NCBI GenBank assembly: GCA_964291655.2
Contig: OZ219802.1
Coordinates: 544,001-608,000, forward strand
DNA from: Chloroflexota bacterium
GTDB lineage: Bacteria; Chloroflexota; UBA11872; VXOZ01
Length of the DNA: 64,000 nt
Direction: 5' to 3'
The position numbers were made by a program, and so were the translations under genes. Positions within the stretch are counted from its first letter, which is position 1, and each line of letters begins with the position of its first letter. The notes beneath the pieces are model-generated. The model saw only the letters and a program-made list of their open reading frames with translations. It searched no databases and was not told where the DNA came from. Of this stretch, positions 29,600 through 41,030 are shown one piece after another.

Positions 29600-30439
29600 T
29601 CACACGGTCCAGCGGTTGACTTGGGCGTGAAGCGCCCGGCGTTCGCGCGCCAAGGCAGCCGGCCTGCTGCCGACGGCATCCAGCAAATGCACCAAGGCGG
29701 GGTTTCGGCCCAGACCCTGCATGATCAAGGGAAAGTCGGGCGCTCGATCAAGCTCGAGTTGGAGCGGGCGATCAGGGTCTGTGACCGGATTGGCATTAGT
29801 CCAGCGAATTGCGGCAAGACGATCGACAAAGCGCGAAGCCTTCCGCACGTAACGTGCCAACTGTTCGTTGTCCCACATTACCGATTGAAATGCCCGTCCG
29901 GTGTGCATCACAAAGCGCAACGAAGGAAAGGAATCGAGAAAGGTAAGAAAGTCATCCGGGAAGTGCAACACCGACTCGCGGCCGCCGTTCTCAATGGCGA
30001 GCGGCACGCCGGGAAAAAGTACAAGCAACGCCTGAAATGCCTCATAGAGCGCCTGAAGATGATCGTCGATCTGCCTCTTGCGCCTACCTGCGTGCACTAC
30101 ATAGAGCGACATCGGCGCATACGCTTCAAAGAATTCGATCGTTTGGACAAGCCTCCGCAAATAGACCGACCGGGGAATCGGCGTGACATCGCTCGGCGCC
30201 TCTTCAAATCCTTCATCCGCAAAAATGTTTAACTGGAACTGCAACGGCGCATGCGTGATTATCTTCAGCACATCCTGGGTAAACGTGTCCCACAACCCCT
30301 TGCGGTAGAGCACCTCATCCACACTCACTTCTACCACGGCAAACTCTAATCGTTGCCCCGTATGCAAGGTCTCCTGCAGTTGTTCAGCCACGCTCATGCG
30401 CCGAAACGGCTGCAAACGAGGATTGAATCCGACACGCAT
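29600..30439 (-). CDS. Degenerate AP-endonuclease-2/xylose-isomerase-like TIM-barrel protein
   Basis: VVHAG and LAIEN motifs with family-like spacing; later metal ligands appear substituted. Confidence 0.55.
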   Translation of the reverse strand: MRVGFNPRLQPFRRMSVAEQLQETLHTGQRLEFAVVEVSVDEVLYRKGLWDTFTQDVLKIITHAPLQFQLNIFADEGFEEAPSDVTPIPRSVYLRRLVQTIEFFEAYAPMSLYVVHAGRRKRQIDDHLQALYEAFQALLVLFPGVPLAIENGGRESVLHFPDDFLTFLDSFPSLRFVMHTGRAFQSVMWDNEQLARYVRKASRFVDRLAAIRWTNANPVTDPDRPLQLELDRAPDFPLIMQGLGRNPALVHLLDAVGSRPAALARERRALHAQVNRWTV

Positions 30440-30848
30440 AAACTACACCACACGCTCACTGTATTGCGAAGACCTATCAGATGTGGGACTTAGCCTTCGT
30501 GCTTCCCATGCCGATTTCATCACCAACCTGTTGCTGCACGGGACACTTTCATTGGTTCACTGTGGTACAACGTATCACAATGCCAAGTGCATACCGTCCT
30601 CCCCATTCCTTAGATACCGAAATGAGAATGACCCTGTCAAGTGAGCGGTAGGGATTGTAAGCACTCAAGAGTGCCCACACCCGATGCAGGCTTCAATCAG
30701 CAGTCGTTGCCCAAGAATGCTCTGGTGCGTAGGGCGCATAGACTTACACGATGGGAATTGGAGTGCCTCATTGTTGCGCCGCCACACATGCATTTACGGG
30801 AGAGCTTTGGATTTTCGTGGGACGCGCGGGACTGCTAGACTGGAATGT

Positions 30849-30945
30849 GGAGGCGCTCGGGTCCCGGTGGGCCTCGCGGTCTTCAAAACCGTCTGCGGGG
30901 CGGGCTACTCCCGTCCTGGGTGGGTTCGACTCCCATGCGCCTCCG
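30849..30945 (+). tRNA. selC: tRNA-Sec (anticodon UCA)
   Basis: 8-bp acceptor GGAGGCGC/GCGCCTCC, 6-bp D stem with 4-nt loop, anticodon loop CTTCAAA, long variable arm, T loop TTCGACT; CCA not encoded. Confidence 0.95.
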
Positions 30946-31073
30946 CCGGACTCGGTATGGAATAGATTGAGTTCACTTGTCGCGGCCTGACCTTTGTATC
31001 CACTCTTGCGCCTTCTTGACACCGGCGCATGAACGAATAAGCACATCGGCATGCTGTCGACACGCGAAATTGT

Positions 31074-31138
31074 GCTTCGGCAAGCTCAACACGAAAGGAT
31101 ATATCGCTTTTCCGTTCGCCCTGAGCTTGTCGTAGGGC
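31074..31138. repeat. Inverted pair of REP-like units (CTTCGGCAAGCTCA ... CTGAGCTTGTCGTAG)
   Basis: Same motif family as 10326-10357 and 60277-60439; lies between convergent genes. Confidence 0.65.
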
Positions 31139-31288
31139 AGTTTTGCCCAGGGCAAAGTACTCATGAGGTGAATTCTTGGCGTGTGTAGCAAGTGCCGTCA
31201 GCCCGGCGCGCTCCTGTAGCACCCGCAATAGTCGGCCAGCGCTGAGAGGCGAAATTCTCAGTACCATTACCGCCGGCCAGCCACTTCG

Positions 31289-32095
31289 TCAGTTCAGCGC
31301 TTTGCCGAGATACTCCCGGTTCAAACGACCAACCTCAGCCGTCGGGCGGTCCGTTGTCGGCTCGCAGGTCGACCACTCGTAGAGGACCCAATGCGGGAAT
31401 TCCCGGGCGCGGAGTTCGGAGAATATCTCACCGAGCGCCACGTCTCCCTCGCCCATCACCTCCACGCAAGCCGCATTTTTCACCGTGTCGCGAACGTGCA
31501 CCATGCGTAAGCGCGCATAATGTTCCTTCAGCACCGCCACGCCGTCGGCTCCCGCCCACATTGCCCAATTGATGTCCAGACACAGGCCAAGCGCGTCTGC
31601 GTCAATCGCAGACATGATTTCGCGAAAGACCCGCGCGCCGTGCGCAAACTCATGCTGGTGGTTGTGGAGCAGCGGCATCACGCCCTGTGCAGCGGCGTAC
31701 GAGCATAATTCACTGAGATGCGCCACTTGCATTTCACTCTCTTCGCGGGTCAATTGCCCGCCCTGTTTCCGTCCCGTGCTGATGACGAGATACTCGGCGC
31801 CCACCGCCCCGGCAAATTCCGCAGCTGCGCGTGCCTGAGGCATAGCCTTCTCTTGCACAGTCAGCGGGTCGTGCCACGCTCCTCCTACGTGGATACCGGC
31901 CGTCTTGAGTCCATTCCCGTCCACGGCGCGACGGTAGGCTGCAACATCGTCAGGGTTCTTGACGTAGGCGTAGCCAATCTCCACACCCTCGAAGCCTGCC
32001 GCTCCCAGGTCCCTGCCGATTCTCGGCAGTATACCGCCTAGATCCTGAGTCTCCCGCAACCAAAGTCTTGCCTGACATCCAATCTTTGCCGCCAT
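31289..32095 (-). CDS. Sugar phosphate isomerase/epimerase (IolE-like TIM barrel)
   Basis: AGFEGVE, HNHQHEF, LCLDINW, VHVRD and GEGDV motifs; start MAAKIG follows an AGGAG RBS. Confidence 0.85.
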   Translation of the reverse strand: MAAKIGCQARLWLRETQDLGGILPRIGRDLGAAGFEGVEIGYAYVKNPDDVAAYRRAVDGNGLKTAGIHVGGAWHDPLTVQEKAMPQARAAAEFAGAVGAEYLVISTGRKQGGQLTREESEMQVAHLSELCSYAAAQGVMPLLHNHQHEFAHGARVFREIMSAIDADALGLCLDINWAMWAGADGVAVLKEHYARLRMVHVRDTVKNAACVEVMGEGDVALGEIFSELRAREFPHWVLYEWSTCEPTTDRPTAEVGRLNREYLGKALN

Positions 32096-32304
32096 GATGT
32101 CGTTGCTCCTAGACTCTGAATCCATTGCTCTCGAGGAAGAAACTGCCCAACGGACAAACCGCTGGCCGCGCCAAGGTGCAGGCGCATCAGCCCAAGTGGC
32201 TAACGGAGTGAGGCGCCGGTGATGCACTCCACAGTCGATTGGTGTACCATAGGACTGCTTTCACTTTCGCCCGCTATGATCGAGACTATTGGAGGATCGT
32301 GCAG

Positions 32305-32457
32305 ATGCTGGACTTCGTGCTGCGGCTGATCGGGTTTGTGGTTTGGGGATTCTTTTCAGGGCTACCCTTCGTGGTCGCCCCCATGATCGCCATATTGACC
32401 TGTCTCGCCATCATGATGGCAGTCAAAGGGATTATGCGGGGAACCTCTAGCAAATAG
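32305..32457 (+). CDS. Small hydrophobic membrane protein
   Basis: GGAGG RBS; 50 aa, almost entirely hydrophobic, with a basic tail. Confidence 0.55.
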   Translation: MLDFVLRLIGFVVWGFFSGLPFVVAPMIAILTCLAIMMAVKGIMRGTSSK

Positions 32458-32462
32458 GGCCC

Positions 32463-32918
32463 TTACTCTACCTCGATCGATACCTTGCGGCCAGCGTTTT
32501 CGTTGGCCAGTCCGTGTGCGAGGGTGGCCCAAGGCAGCAAGGCGCACTTGACGCGCAGAGGGAAGTTGGCAACACCCTTTAGGGACTCCAGGTCTTCCAT
32601 CTCTTCGGGCAGCGAAACGTCTTCGCCATGCATCAAGGCCGTGAAGAGATCACTAATGATGCCGGCCTCTTCCTTAGACTTTCCCTCCAGCACCTCGCTC
32701 ATCATAGATGCCGCCGCTAGGCTGATGGCGCACCCGGCGCCGTCGAATCGCAACTCTTTCAAGCGATCGCCATCGAGCAAAACGTAGACCTCTATCTCGT
32801 CTCCGCATAGCGGGTTGCTACCCTCGGCTTCAATGTGGGCATGCGGCGGCCTGCCCCGATTGTGCGGGCTCTGGTAGTGGTCGAGGATGATTTCTTTATA
32901 AAGATCGTTCAACTGCAT
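32463..32918 (-). CDS. sufU: SUF system SufU (NifU-like) sulfur-transfer protein
   Basis: LYKEIILDHY, NPLCGD, GCAIS and RVKCALLPW motifs. Confidence 0.95.
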   Translation of the reverse strand: MQLNDLYKEIILDHYQSPHNRGRPPHAHIEAEGSNPLCGDEIEVYVLLDGDRLKELRFDGAGCAISLAAASMMSEVLEGKSKEEAGIISDLFTALMHGEDVSLPEEMEDLESLKGVANFPLRVKCALLPWATLAHGLANENAGRKVSIEVE

Positions 32919-34149
32919 GCCCAAATACCCTTTGCGATTTGTGTAAGCCCTCAATCAGCGCGTCGACCTCTTCCTCGGTGGTATATGCATAGAAGCTCGC
33001 CCGAGCCGTGGCCGGCACATTGAACCGTCGCATGAGCGGTTGACAGCAATGGTGTCCTGCGCGCACCGCCACCGCATCACTATCGAGAATTTGCGCAATG
33101 TCGTGCGGGTGCACGCCATCCAAGACAAACGACACAACACCGGCGCGAGTCTGCACTTCCCATGGCCCAAACAGCTTGATGCCGGAAACCTCACGCAATG
33201 CGTCTAGGGCATACTGGGTTATCTCTATTTCATGCTCGCGAACATTGTCCATGCCAAGATCATTCAGATAGTCAACTGCCGCACCTAGGGCAATCACATC
33301 CGCAATATTGGGGGTGCCCGCTTCAAATTTCTGCGGCACGTCAGCCCAGGTCGAATCCGTGAGCATGACCTTGCGTATCATGCTGCCGCCACCCATAAAG
33401 GGCCGCATTGCCTCGAGCAGATGGGGTTTGGCAAAGAGCACGCCTACGCCGGTCGGCCCCATCATCTTGTGACCGGAAAACGCCAGGAAGTCGCAATCCA
33501 ACTCTTGTACGTCCACCGGCATGTGGGGAACGCTCTGCGCGGCGTCAAGCAACACGAGCGCCCCATATTTGTGCGCTTTCTTGATGATTCCCTTTACCGG
33601 GTTGATGGTGCCCAGAACATTAGACACGTGCGTGACCGCAATCAGCCGCGTCTTTTCCGTAATCAAGACGTCGAGGCCGTCCAACATGAGCCGGCCTTCA
33701 TTATTGACCCGCAGAAAGCGCAGCTCCGCTCCCTTTTCCTGCGCCAGCAACTGCCATGGCACCAGATTAGAGTGATGCTCCATTTCCGAAATAAGTATCT
33801 CGTCATCTGCACGCACGTTGTCAGTGCCCCACGCATACCGCACCATATTAATGGCCTCAGTGGTATTGCGGGTGAAGATGATGCACTCCGGGGAAGGGGC
33901 GTTGATGAAGGCCGCGACCTTAGCCCGTGCATTCTCATACGCCGCGGTCGCTTGTTCACTTAACGTGTAAATGCCGCGGTGAACGTTGGCATTGTACCGC
34001 GAGTAGTATTGCACGAGGCTGTCAATGACCGCCTGCGGCTTTTGCGATGTTGCGGCATTGTCCAAGTACACTAACTGCTTGCCGTGTACCTGAGTCCCCA
34101 AGATTGGGAAGTCCTGCCTTACGGCGTGCACATCAAAGCCATTTTCCAT
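32896..34149 (-). CDS. sufS: Cysteine desulfurase SufS
   Basis: YLDNAATSQKP, FSGHKM, FEAGTP and VRAGHHC motifs. Confidence 0.96.
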   Translation of the reverse strand: MENGFDVHAVRQDFPILGTQVHGKQLVYLDNAATSQKPQAVIDSLVQYYSRYNANVHRGIYTLSEQATAAYENARAKVAAFINAPSPECIIFTRNTTEAINMVRYAWGTDNVRADDEILISEMEHHSNLVPWQLLAQEKGAELRFLRVNNEGRLMLDGLDVLITEKTRLIAVTHVSNVLGTINPVKGIIKKAHKYGALVLLDAAQSVPHMPVDVQELDCDFLAFSGHKMMGPTGVGVLFAKPHLLEAMRPFMGGGSMIRKVMLTDSTWADVPQKFEAGTPNIADVIALGAAVDYLNDLGMDNVREHEIEITQYALDALREVSGIKLFGPWEVQTRAGVVSFVLDGVHPHDIAQILDSDAVAVRAGHHCCQPLMRRFNVPATARASFYAYTTEEEVDALIEGLHKSQRVFGHAVERSL

Positions 34150-34196
34150 TGTGCACTGTCCTATCCAAGTTGTAGTGCGCCATTACGCAGGGCGGA

Positions 34197-34508
34197 CTAT
34201 CCCAAATCCACCAAGACGTCCTGGCCTTCAATTTTCACATCATACGCATTAACCGGCACAACCGCTGGAAAGCTCAGCGCGCGGCCAGTGCAGACGTCGA
34301 AGCGGGCCCCGTGTCGTGGGCACTCCAGCGCGGTACCGTCCAGCTCGCCCTCTCCCAGAGGGCCGCCGTCATGCGTACAGACGTTATCAATGCAATAGAC
34401 ATCGCCATCGACGCGGGCGAGCGCAAGGCTATCGCCCTCAATGTCAACGACGATTGCCCGTCCTTCCGGAATATCGTCAAGCGACGCCGCTCTGACAAAA
34501 TTCGCCAC
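34197..34508 (-). CDS. Rieske-type [2Fe-2S] ferredoxin
   Basis: CTH...CPRHGARFD motif. Confidence 0.92.
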   Translation of the reverse strand: MANFVRAASLDDIPEGRAIVVDIEGDSLALARVDGDVYCIDNVCTHDGGPLGEGELDGTALECPRHGARFDVCTGRALSFPAVVPVNAYDVKIEGQDVLVDLG

Positions 34509-34511
34509 GTA

Positions 34512-35900
34512 TCAATCCTCTACTTGCCATCCGGCCATCTTTTCGTGAATCTTGCTCGCGAGCTGGGTCTGCACGCCGTCGAGCGGCGTATGCTGAATCA
34601 CCTCGCTGAAAAATCCCTCTACCAACATTCGGGCCGCATCGTGCTTGTTCAGCCCATGTGCCATCACGTAGAAAAGCTCTTCCTGGTCAACCTGCCCGGT
34701 CGCCGACCCATGGGTGCACCGCACGTCATCGTTATCAATCTCCAGGATTGGAATTGAGTCTGACCGCGCGCGCTTGCTGAGGAGTAGATTGCGGTTCTCC
34801 TGGTACGCGTCGGTTCGCTTCGATCCCTTCCGGACATTGATCACCCCAGTGAAGACGGCGCGCGAGCGGTCGCGCAGGGCGCCCTTTATCAGCAGATCAC
34901 TGGTACTGAATGGGGCCAGGTGGTCCTGGATGGTCTTATAGTCCATGTGCTGCGTGCCGTCGGTGAAGAAAAAGCCCCGGTGAAAAGACTCTACGCCTGA
35001 TCCCGCGAAGCTGTTGTCAACGTAGTTCTTGACCAGTTTGCCTCCGGTGGCAGCCAGAATTGTATGCAGATGCCCGTCGTTATCAACGCGGAGCCGCTGG
35101 TAGCCTAACTCGATTACGTGTCGCCCCCAATCCTGAATGGTAACGTGGCGCACCTGCGCGCCGTCCATTGCGACTACCTCTGTCGCCGGGCACGAAAACG
35201 ACTGGGCCTCAAGAGTCGGGCTCGCGTAACGCTCCACGAACGTTACCTGGCTACCGCGATCGGCCACTAAGAGCACGTGGGGAAAGACGGCGATGTTCTC
35301 GGCATTCATCCAAAAAAGCGTTTGGATCGGTAGTTCTACCGTCACATCCGGTGGCACATAGCAGAAAACCCCTCCCGCGAAGAAGGCGCCGTGCAGCGCC
35401 GGGAACTTTCCAATGTCCGGAGTTACGATCTTGCCAAGGTGCGGCTGCACAAGCTCGGGATGTGTGCGCACTGCTTGACCCAGAGGCGCGAGAACTACGC
35501 CAAGATCCTCCAATGACTTGTCTAGCCTCGTAAGAGCTATTTCCGAATTGACCTGTACTGCCACGCCACCCCAGACATCACCGGAATCGATGTGCGGTTG
35601 GAGCAATTCCGGCAAGTCAGCTTCACATTCCGCTCTCATGCCTGATGGCATGTAGAGCAGTAAATTGTCCAATAGAAGCTCGCGATAGTCCGTGCGCCGC
35701 CAATCTTCATCTCTCAGCGTGGGCATGGGCGTATCCGCATACGCCTCCCACGACTCCTGGCGCAGGTCGCGCACCCAGTCCGGGTCTTCGCACGCACGGG
35801 AAATCTCCTGCCATGCCTCCGCCGTAATTCCTTGCAAGGCAGTTAACGGTGCTTGTTCAACTGACGATTGACTCACGCTTCCCATTCCTGACTTCTGCAA
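34512..35900 (-). CDS. sufD: Fe-S assembly protein SufD
   Basis: EDWRRTD and PILEIDNDDVRCTHG motifs; operon position. Confidence 0.93.
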   Translation of the reverse strand: MQKSGMGSVSQSSVEQAPLTALQGITAEAWQEISRACEDPDWVRDLRQESWEAYADTPMPTLRDEDWRRTDYRELLLDNLLLYMPSGMRAECEADLPELLQPHIDSGDVWGGVAVQVNSEIALTRLDKSLEDLGVVLAPLGQAVRTHPELVQPHLGKIVTPDIGKFPALHGAFFAGGVFCYVPPDVTVELPIQTLFWMNAENIAVFPHVLLVADRGSQVTFVERYASPTLEAQSFSCPATEVVAMDGAQVRHVTIQDWGRHVIELGYQRLRVDNDGHLHTILAATGGKLVKNYVDNSFAGSGVESFHRGFFFTDGTQHMDYKTIQDHLAPFSTSDLLIKGALRDRSRAVFTGVINVRKGSKRTDAYQENRNLLLSKRARSDSIPILEIDNDDVRCTHGSATGQVDQEELFYVMAHGLNKHDAARMLVEGFFSEVIQHTPLDGVQTQLASKIHEKMAGWQVED

Positions 35901-36049
35901 TGCTGGGCAGTTTGCCCATAAAACTCACATCCAAACACGAGGCGATGTACAGCAATCGCGCCAGACAGGAGGCACAGTTCGCCATGCATCCTTGTCTGGC
36001 GCTTTGCGCCGGGCTTCCTGCGATCTGGCTGGCTCGGCTTGCGTCTTAC

Positions 36050-37465
<1,416 letters not shown>

Positions 37466-37496
37466 CTCCGAACCTACCTTCCTAAGCTTCCTGCGT

Positions 37497-38264
37497 CTAT
37501 GACGAAGCTAGCATGACCTCTTTAAGCAGTACGTCGTATCCTTTGGCTTCAAGCTCCTCTGCCAACTCGAAGCCACCCGACTGCCGAATCTTTCCATCCA
37601 CCATAATGTGCACGTAGTCCGGCTTTACAAAGTGGAGGATGCGCGGGTAGTGGGTAATTATCACAATAGACATCTCCGGGTGCATGATTGAAGAGATGCC
37701 TTCGCCCACTGCGCGAATGGCGTCAATATCGAGGCCGGAGTCGATCTCGTCCAAAACTGCGAGTTGCGGTTCGAGAACCGCCATCTGCAGGATCTCCATC
37801 CGCTTCTTCTCGCCGCCCGAAAAGCCGTCGTTCAAGTAGCGCCCCGCGAATTCGCGGCTGATCTTGAGCATGTCCATCTTCTCAAGCAAGTGTTTGCGAA
37901 ACTCTCGCGCGCTGATTTCCGCCTGTTTCACTGCCTTCAGGGACGTACGCAGGAAATTCAAGGTGCTCACACCGGGGATCGCCAGCGGATACTGGAACGC
38001 GAGGAATATGCCGAGTTTGGCACGATCATTTGGGTCCTTCTCCAAGATATCCTCGCCGTTGTAAAGCACCTGCCCCGCAGTTGCCTCGTAGCTTGGATGC
38101 CCCATAAGCGTGTGGGCGAGGGTGCTCTTGCCGGACCCATTCGGTCCCATGATTGCATGTATTTCACCGCGCTTGACTGATAGGTCCACTCCGCGCAGGA
38201 TTTCGTTCCCTTCAATCTCGACATGGAGATCATCGATAAGGAAAAACGATTGCTCAGTAGCCAT
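37497..38264 (-). CDS. sufC: Fe-S assembly ATPase SufC
   Basis: [17 protein letters not shown] and [12 protein letters not shown] motifs. Confidence 0.96.
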   Translation of the reverse strand: MATEQSFFLIDDLHVEIEGNEILRGVDLSVKRGEIHAIMGPNGSGKSTLAHTLMGHPSYEATAGQVLYNGEDILEKDPNDRAKLGIFLAFQYPLAIPGVSTLNFLRTSLKAVKQAEISAREFRKHLLEKMDMLKISREFAGRYLNDGFSGGEKKRMEILQMAVLEPQLAVLDEIDSGLDIDAIRAVGEGISSIMHPEMSIVIITHYPRILHFVKPDYVHIMVDGKIRQSGGFELAEELEAKGYDVLLKEVMLASS

Positions 38265-38397
38265 CTTGCTCAGTTCTCTACCCTTCTCTCTTCGTAAACC
38301 GGTTGTGCAACATCACTCTAACTTTGCCTCACGTACTTTGGGCAGCTTCATCCCCAAGTATCTCACTTCGCATTCCCGGAGCCGGCCCGGATTGCCC

Positions 38398-38883
38398 TTA
38401 CCTCAGCGCCCCAGCACGTAGCTGTGCTACCACAGACGACTGGCTGTTCGTGCCACGCTTGTTTTTCACGCTATGGCGCGCCAGATCCTCAAGTGTCGTG
38501 TCCCCTAGCGCCAGGCTGAGCTGCTGTTCCAATCGTCCCCAGAGAAAGACCGTCGGGCAGTAGTTCACCCGGTGACAGCAAACGCCTTCATCAGGCTGCA
38601 GCGAGCACGAAATCGGTGCAATCTCACGCTCGGTTGCCAAGATAATCTGGTGCGCCGTAATCTCGGACGGCTCTCTGCCCAACACATACCCGCCCTTGGC
38701 ACCGCGAACACTTTCAACCAGTCCGTTTTCCTTGAGTGTGGCCACGATTTGCTCTAGGTAGCCGAGAGAAATGCCGGTTTCCTCCGCAATTCGCGCCAAG
38801 GAAAGGGGCGTCCCTTCAGCCACCAGCGCCAAGGCAGTCATGATCACGAGACCATAGTGCCCTTTTGTCGAGATCCCTAGCAT
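38398..38883 (-). CDS. Rrf2 family (IscR/CymR-like) regulator
   Basis: STKGHYG, YLEQI, SVRGAKGGY and Cys cluster C-x8-CC-x5-C. Confidence 0.9.
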   Translation of the reverse strand: MLGISTKGHYGLVIMTALALVAEGTPLSLARIAEETGISLGYLEQIVATLKENGLVESVRGAKGGYVLGREPSEITAHQIILATEREIAPISCSLQPDEGVCCHRVNYCPTVFLWGRLEQQLSLALGDTTLEDLARHSVKNKRGTNSQSSVVAQLRAGALR

Positions 38884-38911
38884 CCTACATCCCACGTTGG
38901 GTTTCAAGCCC

Positions 38912-38967
38912 AATACCCTAGCCGCTTTCTAGGAATTAGCGTAGCACGCCCTTCTCAATAGCGTCAA
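38912..38967 (-). promoter_or_regulatory. Putative suf operon promoter with adjacent palindromic operator
   Basis: TTGACG-18 nt-TACGCT followed immediately by AATTCCTAG-7 nt-CTAGGGTATT. Confidence 0.5.
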
Positions 38968-39255
38968 GGCGAGGGACAAGCCCTCTCGCGGGCACGTCTC
39001 GGCGTCTGCCGTCTCACCATTTCTACGTGAGACCCCGGCGCATGTAGACTCTCGCTGCACTACGCACCGATGTGCTTCGGCATACGCGTTGGCCAACTCA
39101 CGTGTCCTGAACCGATCAGAGACAAGGGCCTGCAAGAAATCGTTCGCAAGCAGCTCTAAGTTGGCAATCGTGACCGTGGAGCGAAACCTCTCCTCTTGCT
39201 GCCTTCTTGCCTCCCAGAGTCTTTCGTAAGTTAAGATCCGAAAGTCCTCATGTTG

Positions 39256-40284
39256 CTAGGCGACGCTGGCTAAGACTTGCGGGAGCAATGTCTCGAGTGT
39301 TACTTGGGACCAGTCGGATTCAAACGTGCGCTGGAGACGCAGGAGCACCTCAGGATCCGCGATGAGTATGCCCACCTCTCGATTCTGATCCAGGGAAGTT
39401 GCGGTAAAGTTTTGGCTGCCCACGAAGGCACGGGCGCCGTCGACGATCACTACCTTTGCGTGAATGTTTGGGTACTCTAAGAATCCAATAAATCCACCGT
39501 GTGCGCGCACCAAAGCCCGTTCATCGGCATAGCCATCGCTACCCATAGGTGGATTCGTAATGATGCGGACGCGCACACCACGATCAGCCGCTGCCGCCAG
39601 CGCGGCTGCAATTGAGTCATCCTCTAATGAAAGGACATATATCTCCAAGCTCTGCCGCGCGGAGACAATCAATCCATGCAGTTCACGACGAGCATTCCCC
39701 GGGCTTACCACGAGAGGGAGATCGAGGGCCGGAGGCGGCATGCGCTCCCAATCGCTCTCAAAGAGCTCGATGAGAGCGTGCACTAGCGAGGGATCTTCTA
39801 CGATTGCGGCAAACTCGCGATTCGATTGAAATGAACTCGCCGTTAGGTTTAGGGTCATTATGGCCGCCCGCATGCCGTCGACGAGAATGACCTTGGCGTG
39901 CGTGAAACGAAAGGCCGGATCTGCCCAACGCACTGTCACTCCGGCTGCGGTGAGCCATTGTGCTGCCTCGCGATTGCTCTCTCCGCCGCCAACCGGCTCT
40001 TGCTCCAGCAACACCCGCACCCGGACTCCACGGCCTTGCGCCGCTGCCAATTCCTCCAACACTTCCTGGCTGGAGAGAAGGTACGCCACAACGTCTATTG
40101 AGTATTCAGCGCGACGCAACAGTGCGAAAAGCGGGAGTGAGCCGTCATCCGGGGTAACGATGAGGCGAGTAGGGCCCTGAATTGCGGTCTGTTGTACGGG
40201 GCTACAGGCCAGCAGAAAAGCTAGCAGCGCAAATGCTCGACCGACAGCCATCGCCAAGCGGGCCGACTTTGAATGGGCCGTCAA
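39256..40284 (-). CDS. Phospholipase D superfamily protein, probable lipoprotein
   Basis: Two HKD motifs (HAKVILVD, HAKVVIVD); lipobox-like LLAC. Confidence 0.88.
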   Translation of the reverse strand: MTAHSKSARLAMAVGRAFALLAFLLACSPVQQTAIQGPTRLIVTPDDGSLPLFALLRRAEYSIDVVAYLLSSQEVLEELAAAQGRGVRVRVLLEQEPVGGGESNREAAQWLTAAGVTVRWADPAFRFTHAKVILVDGMRAAIMTLNLTASSFQSNREFAAIVEDPSLVHALIELFESDWERMPPPALDLPLVVSPGNARRELHGLIVSARQSLEIYVLSLEDDSIAAALAAAADRGVRVRIITNPPMGSDGYADERALVRAHGGFIGFLEYPNIHAKVVIVDGARAFVGSQNFTATSLDQNREVGILIADPEVLLRLQRTFESDWSQVTLETLLPQVLASVA

Positions 40285-40301
40285 ATGTGAGGAGTGGTCC
40301 T

Positions 40302-40577
40302 CTAAACGTCTACAGACTTGCGGAGTGCCGTGCCCGCAGAGAAGACAGGCGCTTTACGAGCAGCAACCTCAAGGGGTTCGCCAGTCCTTGGATTACGCCC
40401 GGACCGGGCCGCACGCTGCGCGACGCGGAAGGTTCCAAATCCCGGAATCGCGACACTTTCACCACGCTTGAGCGAGTCTTGCACCGACTCTACAAAGGCG
40501 TCCAAGAATTCCTTTGCCGCCTTTTGCGTTGTTCCTGTCCGTGACGCAACTTCCTTTATCAGGTCGCTCTGTGTCAT
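40302..40577 (-). CDS. hup: DNA-binding protein HU
   Basis: GFGTF and ARSGRNPRTGE motifs. Confidence 0.95.
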   Translation of the reverse strand: MTQSDLIKEVASRTGTTQKAAKEFLDAFVESVQDSLKRGESVAIPGFGTFRVAQRAARSGRNPRTGEPLEVAARKAPVFSAGTALRKSVDV

Positions 40578-41030
40578 CTCCAGTTCCTCCAGCTGTAGAG
40601 TAAGCACCTGTATTGGCCTAATCATAGTGCTTCACTAAGAGACTATACAACCATGTCCACTAAGTGTCCTGGGACACTCGATAGAGAATATCACCATTGT
40701 TTGTGGGGGAGCAAGTTCCCAACTGCTCCCGCTGGCGCAACTCCTCGTCGACGCTAAGAGTTGTAAGCGGACACGTCAATGGGCTGACCTATGCTTTCCG
40801 ATGGCATACGAACCGACTCTCAGTTGCTACACATGGGATTTTCAAGCCCCTCCCACATGTCTAAGAATCCTATAAGATTTCTCTAGACAGCTAATGCAGC
40901 GATGGACAAGGGTTGCACGTTGTGAGTAGACTGCTATTATGTAACTTCCTGCTGCAATTGGCTGCGTGAAGTATCGCAGGGCATAGCGGCTTTTCTTAAT
41001 TCGCCAGCTATGTAGCAATCAACATGAGGA

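Noticed and set aside
30440-30610. Minus-strand RBS plus ATG followed by in-frame TGA codons near selC, as a possible selenoprotein
   Set aside because: The read-through product has no redox motif or recognisable similarity, and no clear SECIS-like hairpin was seen
38929-39135. 68-aa minus-strand ORF upstream of the Rrf2 gene
   Set aside because: Weak start, no motifs, and it overlaps the predicted suf promoter
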